Source: Chrysemys picta bellii
Taxonomy: Eukaryota
Length of the DNA stretch: 64,000 nt
Direction of reading: 5' to 3'
Assembly (NCBI RefSeq): GCF_011386835.1
Contig: NC_088796.1
Location: 17,236,001-17,300,000 of the forward strand
This document shows, in pieces, positions 47,920 to 61,098 of the stretch. The position numbers and the translations under genes were made by a program. Under the pieces are notes generated by a model that saw only the letters and a list, made by a program, of their open reading frames with translations, was not told the origin of the DNA and ran no database searches. Numbering within the stretch: position 1 is the first letter of the stretch; each line of letters opens with the position of its first letter.

Positions 47920-48410
47920 GTATATTAATAGAAGTGTCATATGTAAGAGACGGCACCAGTGAGGCCTCGCCTGGACTATTGTGTCTAGTTTTGGGCACTA
48001 CACTTTAAGAAAAATGTGGACAAATTGGAGAGAGTCCAAAGGAGAGCAACAAAAATGATAAAAGGTTTAAAAAGCATGACCTATGGGGAAAGCTTTAAAA
48101 AAAACTTGGCATGTTTAGTCTTGAGGAAAGAAGACTGAGGGGTGCCAGATCTCATATCAGTCTTGAAATATGTTAAGGGCTGATACAAAGAGGTCATTAA
48201 TTGTTCTCCGTGCCCATTGAAGGTAGGACAAGAATAATCAGCTTAATGTGAAGCAAGGGAGATTTAGATTAGATGTTAGGAAAATTTTCTGACCATAAGG
48301 ATAATTAATTACTGGAATAGGCTACCAAGGGAGGTTGTGTAATCCCTGTCACTGGAGGTGTTGAAGAACAGGTTGGAGAAACATCTGTCGGGGATGGTCT
48401 AGGAATACTT

Positions 48411-48682
48411 AGGGCTTGTCTTCACTACCTGCAGCGGGTGTCGATTTAGCAGGTCTAGTGAAGACCCACTAAATTGATGGCAGAGTGCTCTCCAGTCAAC
48501 TCTGGTACTCCAGCCCCCCGAGAAGAGTAAGGTAAGTCGACTGAAAAGTGTCTCCCATCGATGTAGCGCAGTGAGGACACTGGGGTAAGTCAACCTCAGC
48601 TACGTTGACTCCAGTTATGTTGTTCATGTAGCTGGAATAGCGTAACTTAGGTTGATTTACCCCGGTAGTGAAGACAAGCCCT
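48411..48682. mobile_element. Harbinger-like MITE inserted in the CR1 3' UTR
   Basis: Perfect 18-bp TIRs agggcttgtcttcactac / gtagtgaagacaagccct. Confidence 0.8.
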
Positions 48683-48954
48683 CGGTCCTGTCTCAGTATG
48701 GAGGGCTGGACTAGATAACATCTCCAGGTCCTTTCCTGTCCTATGGCTCTATGAGCTTGCATGGAACTGTTTTTGTTTAGGGAACTTGATATATTTTGGG
48801 ATTGGGAATTAGGACCTCAAGTCATGAAAGCAATTAAGCACATGCTTAATTTTAACCACATGTTTAAGATCCACTGACATCAATGGGACTTAAGCACATG
48901 CTTAAAGCTGAGCTTTTGCTTAAATGGTTTGCCTAAGCAGGGATAAGAAGGCCA

Positions 48955-49018
48955 AGGTGCCACAAGTACTTCTGTTCTTTTTGTGGATACAGACTAACAC
49001 GGCTGCTACTCTGAAACG
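48955..49018 (+). mobile_element. PLE extreme 3' terminus fragment
   Basis: aaggtgccacaagtacttctgttctttttgtggatacagactaacacggctgctactctgaaac, near-identical to 49627-49692. Confidence 0.8.
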
Positions 49019-49499
49019 AGTAAAAATATATGAATTCTTAGAACTTACACTATCTAGTCTGTTGCATTTCAAAACACTTTACAAATATTAATTAACCCTT
49101 ATCCTACAGGAATGTTGTGATGACTCCTGTACAAGTGTTGTTCCCATTTTTCAGAAGGGGAAGCAGAGAGCAAGAATAAGACCAAATTGTTTAAACTTGG
49201 GTGCTAAAAGCTAGGCACCTAAATCCATGTTGAGACATCAAAGTAAAGATCATTTAATTTTCAGAGGGGCTGAGGACACACGCCTCTGATGTGAACTGAA
49301 GATACTCCGTACCTCTAAATTTCAGGCCATTTCTTTAGGTCCTTAAAAAAGGATTTAAGTACCAAACACTTGGTACGCAATTTTGAACAATTGCCTTAGC
49401 TAACTTTCTTTAAACCACACAGAAAGTCAGTGGTGGAGCCAGGACTCTCCCTGTTGTCCAACTCCTGGTCCTGAGCTCTTGCTACAGTGTCTCAATAGT

Positions 49500-49693
49500 A
49501 AAAAGAAGAACAGGAGTTCTTGTGGCACCTTAGAGACTAACAAATTTATTAGAGCATAAGCTTTCATGGACTACAGCCCAGAAGTAAGCCCGAAAGCTTA
49601 TGCTCTAATAAATTTGTTAGTCTCTAAGGTGCCACAAGTACTCCTGTTCTTCTTTTTGCGGATACAGACTAACACGGCTGCTACTCTGAAACC
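49500..49693 (+). mobile_element. PLE hairpin insertion with a partially deleted centre
   Basis: 66-bp inverted arms (49500-49565 / 49592-49657, one mismatch); 12-bp TSD tgtctcaatagt at 49488-49499 and 49694-49705. Confidence 0.88.
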
Positions 49694-50224
49694 TGTCTCA
49701 ATAGTGAGTTTCCAAAAGAAAATGTGAAAACAAGAATAGTCTCAGGGTGAAAAATTGTGTCTGGAGCACATGACATGTTTCAGTAATCACAGCTGTCATA
49801 CAGACTGTCAGACGTGTTATACTTAGGGATAAAAACATGACCGTTCCTGCCAATGCGGATTGACCATCACTAAGTTGTCACATCCAGAACTATCAAAAAT
49901 CATGATAGCCCATAGTAACCAACAACTACAGGTATTGGATTTGGTCTGGAGGCATGGGAGAGGAAGTTGTAACTCTGGCCACCTGGATTGCTAATAAACA
50001 TGTTTTGTTGTCAATCCAGTAATGACTCCAGTGAGACTAAATGATTTAATGATGTCCACCTGCAAGTATTGATTTAGTTTTCACTTAACAATAAGGCTAT
50101 TTCAGCTCCTACAGAAGCTTTTAAAACTGAAACATGGTCCTGAAACCAACAGGGAGTGAATGTAAGTGATTGTAAACTGGCAAACAACTACTTACTAGTA
50201 TTTGAACTAACATTCAACTATTCA

Positions 50225-50799
50225 GCAAAAAGAACGAGGAGTACTTGTGGCACCTTAGAGACTCACAAATTTATTTGGGCATAAGCTTTCGTGGGCTAAA
50301 ACCCACTTCATCGGATGCATGCAGTGGAAAATACAATAGGAAGATATATATACACAGAGAACACGGAAAAAATGGGTATTGCCATGCCAGCTCTAACGAG
50401 ACTAATCAATTAAGGTGGGCTATTATCAGCAGGAGAAAAAAAAAACTTTTGTAGTGATAATCAGGATGGACCATTTCCAACAATTGACAAGAAGGTGTGA
50501 GTAACAGTAGGGGAAAAATTAGCCTGGGGAAATAGTTTTTACTTTGTGTAATGACCCATCCACTCCCAGTCTTTATTCCAGCCTAATTTAATGGTGTCCA
50601 GTTTGCAAATTAATTCCAATTCTGCAGTTTCTCATTGGAGACTGTTTTTGACGTTTTTTGTTGGAGAATTGCGACTTTTAGGTCTGTAATTAAGTGACCA
50701 GGGAGGTTGAAGTGTTCTCCGACTGGTTTCTGAATGTTATAATTCTTGACGTCTGATTTGTGTCCATTTATTCTTTTGTGGAGAGATTGTCCGGTTCGG
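50225..50799 (-). mobile_element. 5'-truncated PLE (GIY-YIG C-terminus plus pseudo-LTR); parent family of the hairpins
   Basis: ORF 50610..50807 TGQSLHKRINGHKSD..KPVGEHFNLPGH..DLKVAILQQK; possible 7-bp TSD ctattca at 50218-50224 and 50800-50806. Confidence 0.9.
50279..50318 (-). ncRNA. Minimal type I hammerhead motif in the PLE pseudo-LTR
   Basis: Minus strand GCAT-CCGATGA-A-GTGGG(ttttag)CCCAC-GAAA-GC-TT-ATGC. Confidence 0.55.
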
Positions 50800-51019
50800 C
50801 TATTCATTCGCTTTCAAGTTGGAAACCATAGCTCAGCTGGAGAAGTAGACCACTGAGTGTTACTTTTTCGGTTTCAATGTAATTTTGTCTAATCTTGAAC
50901 ACAATACTTGAGAATTTTCTCAGATTTGAACAAATTGCCTTTCAGAAGCCTGGATAATCCAGGACAGGGGGAAAAAATGACCAGATGTTCCCGTCTTTCC
51001 CAGAGGGGCATAGTGGTCT

Positions 51020-51130
51020 AAGCATCAGGTCTGAAATAACCAAACTCCTAGAAAGCACCAGTACAAATCCCTGCAGAGTCAACCCAGCCTTTCATCATTC
51101 GGAGGCAGATAAAGCAGACTTGTTTCAGAG
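51020..51130 (+). mobile_element. Ancient SINE remnant with a conserved central-domain-like motif
   Basis: B-box-like gtacaaatcc followed by gtcaacccagcctttcatcattcggaggcagataaa. Confidence 0.3.
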
Positions 51131-51689
51131 GCTGGGAAAAGGATGGTCTAATGAATTAGACATGGGTAAAGTAAGCCACCTGGGGGAAGTAAGTGAGATG
51201 GAAATTTAATTTGCACACCAGTGTTATTCATTGCTCATGTAAGTGATCTAAATCCTTTCAGCTGGAATTGGGGCAGAGGTACTCAGGCACCATAATGATG
51301 TGTGGTATAAATGCCTAGCAACACAAGAAAGAGGGCTTAGTTTATGCAAACCTCCTTCCTACCGGTATTGCTCATTCAGAAGGGGTGTAAGGACAGCCAA
51401 CCCTACCATAAACTAGTCCCCAACCCTGGCTTAAGTTTGACCGAATGCTGCCTTCCAGTATCTGTGTCTGTCCCAAATCCGTCATCTAGAATTTGCATCA
51501 GGCTCTGTAAGAGCACTGGTCTCTCAACAGTTATTACAGCATCATGAGAGCTTACCAAAGAGGTTTCTTAAAGCAAGCTGGTAACATATCCAGTGACACA
51601 CACCCACTGCAGCAGGCAGAGGGTGACCTCCAGATGTCCACTGTGGTGACCAATGGCTTGTCTGTCCTTAAAATGCCACAGTGGCACTG

Positions 51690-51910
51690 CTGTGGCACTT
51701 CAGTGAAGACATTACCTATGCCGATGGGAGTGTAGTTAATCCACTTCCCTGAGAAGTGGTAGCTAGGTTATGGGAGAAGTCTCCTGTCAACCTAGCACTG
51801 TCCACACTGGGAGCTAGGTCGGTTTAACTGTGTCACTCAAGGGTGTGGATTTTTAGCCCCTCTGAGCAATGTAGTTATGCAGAACTAACTTCCTAGTGTA
51901 GACCAGGCCC
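51690..51910. mobile_element. Harbinger-like MITE (right part)
   Basis: Ends ctagtgtagaccaggccc; internal gtccacactggg. Confidence 0.55.
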
Positions 51911-53574
51911 AAGTCTTGGCTGTCTACACTCCTTTTTGCTCCCACCATTGGCACAATAAGGGCCCTGATCCTGCCCCACTGAATTAAAAGGGAACGTTGC
52001 CCCTGACTTCCATAGGAGCAGGATCAAGACTTTAGTAAGTGTCCATGGTCACCAGCTAAACTATGCACATGTGGCTTCAGGAAGAAAACCCTTGAACATA
52101 GGGCTAAGCACATAGGCTACTAATACTTGCACTAATAGAGGACTTTAAATAGTAACAGTGGTAAAGCTTTTATTCTTCTGGTAGGCCAGACATTAGAGGG
52201 CAACATGATCACACTAATTTGATCAGATTACACTACTCACTTAGATTGGATATCAAGAACTGGATTTAATGTGCCATAAATCCGTGTCCGGAGCCACAGG
52301 AATTATCATGTGAACAAGTGCAACTGTGCATCAAAATGAGTAGCTGTGCTGAGCAAATGGGTCTTGGGGCCCTGTGAGCCCACATACATGAATGCTGAGG
52401 CCATCACAGATCTGGTAGTGAAGGATTTCTGTCATGTGAACTATAAAATAAAATCAACATGATCTAATGCAAGTCTCTTCTATCTCTAATGCATAGGAGC
52501 TCATGGACACTTCCTTCAAAAAATCTGTAAAATGTAACTTTAGTTCGAGTAAATACTTTACACATAGTTCAACATTAGCTGTATTGAAATTCTCTTACAT
52601 CTGCCATTGACTGAAGACCCTGATTCAGCAGAGTAGCTAAACTCACACTTCATTTTAATCATCTGAATAATCCTTTTTAAGTCATTGTAAAACCAATGGG
52701 ACTATTCCTATGCTTAGCATTTAGCATAAACCTACACACTTTAACAAAAAGGGATGGGATTGCTCATGCACTCAGGAGTTTTGCTGAATTGTCAGAAGAA
52801 CTCTCGGAACAAAATTCACAGCTATACCTTGACCCGAAATCTATAAATGTTTGCTCATTTGAAGTGTGGGGCGAGCAGGAGAAAGAGTCTTTACACTAGG
52901 ATTTATGGGGACACAGGATTTGCCATATGATATTAGACCATAGGCCCATCAAGTTCAGTATCCTGCTTCTGACACCATTAATCCAACAAGCCCAATTCTG
53001 CCACAGAGGAAGTTTCAGAGAAAGGTGAAACCACAAACTCCCGTCTCCTCCCAAATATGTACTCTGGAAATTATGCCGTGTAAAATAGCTGCCTGTCCTA
53101 TTGAAGCAGTCAGTTTACCCCCTGCAGCATCAGGTCTGATTATTCTTAGCTTATCTTATCTAACAAGTCAGCTAATTAGTACATTAATTAGTTAATGTTT
53201 GTACAGGGCTTTGAAAAGATAAAATGCTCTGTGAAAGATTATTATTTTGAGTTGACCAGATTCTGCTCTTACTTAAGCTGGAGTAAACCTGTAGTAATTC
53301 TGTGTAAATCAATGTAGCTGCTTCAGATTTACAACAGTGTAACTGTGAGCAGAATATGGGCAAAGAACGAGTGAATGTCATTAATTGCCATAAAAAATGT
53401 CTAGCCCTTTTAAAAATGCAGCCATTATATCTGACTCCAGCTATAATAGATGAACTCCTGTGACAATACGTTCCACTGGCTGGCTCTCTGCAGAGTTTTG
53501 TTTTGTTTGTTCTGTATTAACCAGCCATTAATATAATTGTGGGAGTGTGACCTCTTCTTATATTACAAGACAGG

Positions 53575-53905
53575 GTGATAAGAAATCAGAGAGTTTAAGG
53601 CCAGAAGGGACTACCAGATTATCTAGTCTGACCTCCTGTCTATCACAGACTAGCAACAACACCCAGCATCTGCACATTAAACCCAACAGCCAAAATGAGA
53701 CCAGGAGAATACCAAAGGATGGGGTAAATTCTCCATCACTCAGAGTCCTTAAATCAAGATGGGAGGACTTTCTAAAAGAGATGCTCTCGTTCAACCATGA
53801 GCTGTTTGGGTAGATGCAGGAATCAGCTGGTGGAATCTATGGCCTGTATTATGCAAGGGATCAGACACGTGATTATACTGGTTTCTTCTGAGTTTAAAAT
53901 CTGAG
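53575..53905. mobile_element. Two opposed CR1 3'-end fragments (53575-53690 minus, 53715-53905 plus)
   Basis: aaggccagaagggactaccagattatctagtctgacctcctg; ttctccatcactcagagtccttaaatcaagatggg. Confidence 0.65.
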
Positions 53906-54685
53906 GGATTTACCATCTTTCACTATATTCTTCCTAAACCTGAATACTTTCAGTCCTCTTTACCTTTCCCGTTCCTCCCTCCTCCTTCTATATATACCCT
54001 GCCATAACTTCAATCATATTCATTTCCCTTCCCTGGGCCTTTTCAGTCTCAACTATCAGTAGGGGCTTCCACATGGCAGTCAGGCAGCTTCCCAGAGCTT
54101 CTCAGGATGACCTCTCAGGCCTTGTTTTTAAGAGTAATCGGCATGTTCCGTTAGTTGTCAGAATAACAGTAAGACTTTTTCCTCTTTATTATTATGTATT
54201 TTATTTGTTTGATTTGATTTTGTGATATTTACCACATTTCTGCATGTATCGATAACTGGTATGCCAGGAATATCAAACCGCTGCAACAAACACGTTTGCA
54301 CATTCTGGTTCTCTATTAATGCTAATCACTAGAAACTGTTGCACCTTTAACAAAGAAGCGCGAGGACCTATGATCACCCCTCCAAAAAGGAGAAGATCAT
54401 ATTGTAACTAAAGCTTTACCCTCACAAAGCATGAAATATAATGATATCTGTAACATGAGATTGGGGCCCCATTATATTATGTGGCAAGAGCTGCACTGGT
54501 GAGTTCCAAGTCCCAGCTTTCATATTGCAATGCAGGGCTTTGTGAACGCTGACCAGACAGATCTGCAAGCGGCAGCTGAAATCAGGCAATAGTTTCTGTG
54601 GAGTTAAAACTACGCACAAACGTTCCTTGTATTAATGTGAAGAACAACACAGGCACTGTACAAACACATAGGTAGAGACAGTTCC

Positions 54686-54822
54686 CTTAGGTGCTGGAAC
54701 TAGAGGTGCTAGGGGTGCTGCTGCACTCCCTGGCTTGAAGTGGTTTCCATCCTATTCAGGGTTTCCAGTTTGGTTCAATGGCTCTCAGCACCCCCACTAT
54801 AAACATGGTTCCAGCACCCCTG
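54686..54822. mobile_element. 137-bp hAT MITE inside an L2-type tail
   Basis: TIRs cttaggtgctggaac / gttccagcacccctg; perfect TSD acagttcc at 54678-54685 and 54823-54830. Confidence 0.85.
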
Positions 54823-56494
54823 ACAGTTCCTGCCCTGAGGAGCTTACAGTCAAAAGCCCAAGTCAACAAAGCACTTAAGTACATGCTTGACTATGAGCAC
54901 TATTAAAATTAAGCACATGCTTTCCTGAATCAGTGCCCAGCATCCTCCTTCTGTAACTTTGCGGCTTGTGGATGGACTGCTGCAACTGTTCAGAGTCCCG
55001 GGGACTTAAATGTGGAGTCAGTGGGGTTCAATGTAGGTCTGTCCACACACGCAAATTGCAGATGCAGGGCCTCAGTAAACAAGACCGACAGAGCCCGGGA
55101 GAAAGAAACATGACACACAGAGTGAGTGCTATGGTGGTTCACAAAGGTCACGTTGTTGCCATAACCTTTAAATGTTTGTCTCTTTTGGTTTTGCTTCGGT
55201 TTGTGTTGTGCCTTTCTATACAAAAACGGATTTGAACCAGTGAGTAATGTGGTGAGGGAGAAAGACAAGAGGAGATGGATTAACCAGAACAAGGGACTGG
55301 GAAAGACAAAAGAGAGGGAAGAGAAGAGGAAAGGGGCAGAGAGGGCTGGGCTAGTGAGACTGATAGGGAAGGGCAGAGTTAATGGTGGAGTTGCTGTGGA
55401 ACCTTGCACCTTTGGCATGATCCAGGCAAGAAGCCAGTGTCATCCTAGGGAACCACACAGGGTATCTCATCCGACAACGAGAATTGGTCAAAAACCAGGA
55501 AAAAAATGTTGGAAATGTTTTCCTGTTGTCTGTTAACATTTAAAACGGCAACATTAAAAATTTCCTTGCACTCCAACCAGCTTTATAGTTAGTGTGTATG
55601 TGTGTGTGTAATCCTCCCTCTCCCCCCATATTTTTCCCTTGAAATATAAAATTTTGATAATATTTTTCATTTACATTTTGACATTAGAAAATATTGACTA
55701 GCTCATCTGAAAGTGACAGGGCTTCAGGGATCGCTGAAGGGATGGTGGAGCGATTAGGAGCCAGGGGGAGAACCTTGATGGAAGCAGGAATGCAAATATA
55801 ACCCACTGGTCAGTGTGTGTTATAGCTCAGGCTTCCAGCTGTGGAGATTCTCTGGTTCCATCCCATGTGTGTCAGCCAAGAGGATGGTCATCACACACAG
55901 GCCTGGGAAAGTGAGCTAAGTGAAACCGCCATTGAGAAAACTCTCTGACCAGAAGTAATGGGATGTCAGGACCTGAAAGAACTGGACAAGATATTAGAGG
56001 GAGCAGGCAGTTGTTAGTAGGTGAGGAAAAAAGAGAGATTGGCTTCAATGGAAAAAAACAGAATTGCACTGAAACTTAGTTTGACTTACCCAATTTTCTA
56101 ATTATGTTTAAATGACATTTAAGCGAAGTGTAGTGAAATTAGATGTTCTGATCTACAGCATACCTGGATGAATTCATGAAGGTGCATAAAATATTACCGG
56201 GAACAAATGAGAGGGGAGTGGTAATTCTGGAGAACAAAATTACTTCAGAAGGAGGTAATTGCACATAATCCTAAAGTGTATAATGGAGTATTACATATGC
56301 TTTATTGGAATGTAAAAATGGATGAAAGGAACCTTCGTGTTCTTAGAGGTCTGTTCAGGTAAAAGAAATTCAAATTCAGAAAAGTGCAGTAAAGTGTTTC
56401 TATGTGTATGCTGCAATTGTCGAACTAAGAAGGTCTAGTGAGCATTGAATAATGTCATGGAGGTCAAAAAAGGAAAAGGCCGACTTGTTTACTT

Positions 56495-56780
56495 AGGTAT
56501 GTCGGCACTACCATGACGGTACGATTGTAGCACCAGTAGGCATATCTGTGCTAGCTTTAATCTAGCTAGCATGGGTAACACTAGTAATGGACACGTGGCA
56601 GCATGGGCTAGCAACCTGCATACAGACTCAGGGGGCCCACGGGGCTTGTACTCTGGTAACTAGCCTTCATGTTGCCATGTCGGTACTACTATTGTTACCT
56701 GTGCTAGCTAGGTTAAACTAGCACAGATAAGCCTACCTGTGCTACAGTCACACCTTCCCTTGCAGTGTAGACATGCATGA
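56495..56780. mobile_element. Harbinger-like palindromic MITE
   Basis: ggtatgtc..cactac start and gcagtgtagacatg end; internal atctgtgctagc / ctagcacagat inverted pair. Confidence 0.55.
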
Positions 56781-57175
56781 CCTAAATCCATCCTTGCTCC
56801 CCAGAAGCTGATGCAGGGCTGATTTCTAATCTCCAAGGCTTTGCCTACTGCTGTTTTTAGGACCCAGTCTTGAGTTGAGGGCATGCAGCACATCTCAGGA
56901 TTGGACCCTTAAGCACTCAGTTGCCTGGTGAGACTATTCTATAATCTAAGAAGAAGGAAAGCTTCCCTAATCTAAAGTATTTCAGAGCACCCGTAACTCC
57001 CACTGATTTCAGTCACTGGTTGCATGTAGCTGGCCATGCACAACAGAGTGCTCCTCTTACTACTTATTCAACCTCAAGTGTGTGGTTTGCAAAATGAAAG
57101 GATTCACATTCACTCATATGTTTGTGCCATGTGCTCCTTGCTGAAGGACTGAAAGGTCAGATTCACTAAAGAGAG

Positions 57176-57353
57176 ATCATAGAATATCAGGGTTGGAAGG
57201 GACCTCAGGAGGTCATCTAGTCCAACCCCCTGCTTAAAGCAGGACCAACTCCCAGACAGATTTTTACCCCAGTTCCCTAAGTGGCCCCCTCAAGGATTGA
57301 ACTCACAACCCTGGGTTTAGCAGACTAATGCTCAAACCACTGAGCTATCCCCC
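57176..57353 (-). mobile_element. Tortoise Pol III/SINE (tRNA-derived head, CR1-derived tail)
   Basis: Minus strand ggggatagctcagtggtttgagc (A box)..gtgagttcaatcc (B box)..ggttggactagatgacctcctgaggtcccttccaaccctgatattctatgat (CR1 tail). Confidence 0.9.
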
Positions 57354-59084
57354 TGATCTTGTAGGGCAGCTGAGTATTTAGAGGGTCTTCATGTCAGCAT
57401 GCAATGTCCCACTAGCAATCCAGAGAGCCAGAAATTTGATCTTTGCATTATACTTGCTTCCTGAAAGCTAGAACATATTTGTTTCTATTGAGGTTGGTCT
57501 TTCAGGCATGCACCAGCCTTCCATCCCTCAGGATCTGTGTTCAGTCTGAAAACAGAGATGCGTTTGGTGGTGAAAACCTGTTCATCCATTTGTGCAGCTC
57601 ATAAACCTTCAACACACAGCACAATTGGCAATCGGTTTTCAAAGAGGCTCAAGGCAAAAATAAGAGAGATCTCATGTCAGGAGACAGCACAGCGCTTGTC
57701 TATTTTGTGCTTTGCTCACATCAGTTCTGTTAATTTTCCACTAAAATTCACTCACAATTTGAACAAGGTATTCAAGTGCCATATAATTCTATTCAGGAGC
57801 TTTGGAAAGAAGGGTCGATTCCATTATTCTGTCTTTACTTAGTCTTGATATTTATTTTTGTAGGCAACTCAGCATGACTTATTATGTGTCCACTGTTCGA
57901 ACAAATCCAAAATTAAAATCCCAAACCAACATATTAAATCTCCAGCTCCTTACACAAAAATATTTGAACTCTCACTAATATTCTGAAATAGTTTATGCTG
58001 TAATTTATTGGCAACACTTTTAAAATGATACCTACTTCAATACTCACCATCATATTTACTCTTTTAGCTTAAGAAGAATTGATCCACGTTTCAGATTGCC
58101 TTTGTATACATTGGAAAATGTACCTCCGTGAGCCCTGACTGAGAGACAGTCTTTGGGCTTCACAGAATCTACTAATAACATTTGATTAAGCCACATATTC
58201 AGGGCCAGATGGTGATATCCTTACTTATACTAACTAGTACTTTATTCCAACAAATAGCCTCATTGGCTTCAGTAGACTACTTATCCGATAAGGTTATTCA
58301 GCACCCTCTAGTCATAAAGAGGCCGATTGGCTATCTAATGCAAAAGACTTGTTTCTGTTTAAAACTGGAGGATTGGGTTTGAACTAGCCATTCCACTGCA
58401 TTCAAACATCAAATCAAAGCAGCTCCAATGGTAGAACTTTTATCTTGGTCCAGAAAACTCAATTTCGCTTTATAATGTTTCATGCATTTGGAGCATATGC
58501 CCACAAAAAGGTTAATTTGGTAAAGGCAGCTTCCAGGAGCTGTTGGAAACATTCACATCATCAAGATGTGATCAGCCAATGAGAGTTTAGTCTAAGCACG
58601 TAGTGCTTCTCATGAGTGTGTCCTTACTGAATATCTTCCTGGAGGGTTTTGGGAAGGGGAGTCTTTAAAAAAATCCACTAGAAATGTACAGCACGGCAAT
58701 CTATTCTTATTAATCACAGCAGTTGGTCTTCTGGGGAATTAATTAGTGTGGGAACAGACACAAAAATTAATGCAGCTATCTCACAATGCGTAGCAGTTAT
58801 TACAAATAGAAGGGACCGTAGGCAGAGACAGCAGGAAAGGTTGGTCACAGAGACCTCCTCTGTGCATATATGGTAGTCCAGCTAGTCGACTCTTCTACCA
58901 CCCAGAAGAAATTAGTCACTTTGAGAGCTATGTTGAACACATGGGGCGTAATTTTCAAATGTAGGCAAGAGCGAGAGCTCATAGGGCTAATGAGAGGAAA
59001 GAGACAGCAAAGATTAAGAAAGAAACAGATGACAGAAGTATGAGCAGAAAAAACAAAAGAGGAAAGATACAAAGAGTCAGTCAG

Positions 59085-59265
59085 TTGCAGCGTATAGGAC
59101 TGGAAGGGTCCTCCTGTGTCACTGAGCCCAGTCCCCTGCTACCACAGGCAACCCCTTCATGTATTCCCATTCATAAACTTATCAAATTCCATCTTAAAAC
59201 TAGTTAGGTTGTAGGCCCCCCACATGCCTATTGGAAGGCTGTTCCAGAATCTCCATCCTGCCAGA
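59085..59265 (-). mobile_element. CR1 3' fragment
   Basis: ORF 59157..59423 ERVLF..WNSLP..LTSFKMEFDKFM resembles the CR1 ORF2 C-terminus. Confidence 0.7.
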
Positions 59266-60775
59266 AACAGCACCCTCTTCTCAGTTGCAGACCAGAAACG
59301 TTGCTTCCCACAAAGCCAATGCAGAGACCTGAAGGTTACTCTCAATGCAGTAAAATCCTTTGGAAGCGCTTTGGGACTGTTTGTGAGAGCAGGAAGTAGC
59401 AGGAACAATAGGAAAAGGCCCAAAGCATCCTAGGATAAGAAAACTGGAGGAAGAGAACGGGACAGTGTCTTATCTCTCTGAATACTAAGGAGGCCTGATT
59501 CTCCACTACACTGGTGTGTTACTACAGTTGTACATCATTGTAGCTCCATTTAAGGCAATTGCATTCCATCAGTGCAGAACTGATGTAACACTGGGAAGAA
59601 TCAGGGCCTAACGTTATTCCAAATTGTACTCATCTATATCGAATTTTCAAATCTTCTGTTCTCACCCATTACCAGCCTGAGATTTCCCCACCGTACAAGC
59701 AAACACTGATTTCTTTGGGCCTGATTTTTCTTTCTCACACTAGTGTAAATCAGGAGTAACTCCAGTGAACTGACTGGTATTACATCAATGTAAAACCAGA
59801 GTATGTGAGAGGAGAAACAAACCCCTTGTAGCTGGCAAAGGCTGTCTTTCTTTGGTGCTGAACTTATTAGATACCAACAGAAAAAAAACAGTAGCACCAC
59901 AAGAATCACTTTAGTGAGGGACCCAATGCCACATGTCCCTTTCATAGCCATCAAACCATACCAATTCAAATGAAAAAAAGATCTATACATTCTCCTGCCT
60001 GTCTGTTTAGGTGAGGGGCCTCCAGTTTGGTTTCAGCAAGCTGTATGGGGACATGTATACTCTCGGGTTGCTTCACAGGATAACAAGGCCTCCTGTCCAA
60101 ACTCTTCCCTGAAGATAACCGATTCCAGAGCGGGGCAGTGGACTGTCTGGTTTCTACTGTAAAGAAGATCACCTGTCAGGTATCAGGGAGCCACTGGTAG
60201 TTGAAGGTGGTGGGTGTGTTGGGAGTTAAGAGGCTCGGGGACCCTGGTGTTTCAGGGTGTCTACAAACATTCAGATAATTTAGATCATCATCATTCTATT
60301 GAAACTAAGCCCAGCCTCTGGAGGTTCATTCAGAAGTAATTTAAAATAAACTGTTTCATGCAAATACAGTTGTCTTAGGTAATCAGCCTTCAGCTCCCTC
60401 CCCAACACATGCTTTTCCTGCAGCTAAAAATCTGCTTAAATGTATGTGGCGGGTCTTTGTGTTCCATTCCAGGCAAATCAAGCAGATGGCAGCCAAATAA
60501 GCAGCTAGGGGTTGCTGGGGTTTCTCCGCATCTGGTAATGTTTTCACCACTGTAGAGACCACAGTCTGACCTAAGCCATGACACACTCTACTTAAGACAA
60601 AAGAATGACTGCAGACAGAGCATGCTGGTTTACTGGTTATCTTGAATTACTCGCATGTAAGATGATATGAAATTAGAAAGTCAGAGTTCCACAGCAGAAC
60701 AACATTTCCGTTAGTGTCATCTGCTGCCTTTTTCATATTTTGGCCAGAGCTACAAAGTTTGATTTGGGAACTGAG

Positions 60776-61098
60776 CAGGGCCGCCCAGAGGATTCAGGGG
60801 GTCTGGGGTCTTCCTGCCGCCAAATTGCCGTCGAAGACCCGGCGCTGAAGGACCCCCCACCGCGGGTCTTCAGGGCACTTAGGCGGCAGGTCCCAGGGCG
60901 GAAGGACCCCCCCCGCCGACGAAGAGCCGGAGCGGAAGAAGCTCCGGGGGCCCGGGCCCCACGAGAGTTTTCTGGGCTCCCCGGAGCGAGTGAAGGACCC
61001 CGCTCCAGGGGCCCCTAAAACTCTCGTGGGGGCCCCTGCAAGGCTGGGGCCTGGGGCAAATTGCCCCACTTGCCCCCCCCCCTCTCTGGGCGGCCCTG
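60776..61098. mobile_element. GC-rich hAT MITE (young)
   Basis: TIRs cagggccgcccagag / ctctgggcggccctg; perfect TSD gaactgag; many CpGs retained. Confidence 0.92.

Larger units (their letters stand above)
45850..48765 (+). mobile_element. CR1 fragment split by an LTR and a MITE (45850-46082, 47920-48410, 48683-48765)
   Basis: gttaagatgagtgcaaaatactacac..gcaaatatcattttggggtgt | ggtatattaatagaag..gagagtccaaaggagagcaac..; 3' end ggctggactagataac. Confidence 0.88.

Noticed and set aside
57280-57353. tRNA gene
   Set aside because: The tRNA-like head continues directly into a CR1 tail, so it is a SINE
57532-57842. 101-aa ORF with AG/GT-flanked open segment
   Set aside because: No recognisable protein similarity and no linked in-phase partner exon; length is within chance expectation
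60011-60179. Candidate exon with SGAVDCLVSTVKK, resembling a mitochondrial carrier motif
   Set aside because: Stops in all frames across the segment and the PxD/ExxK signature is absent
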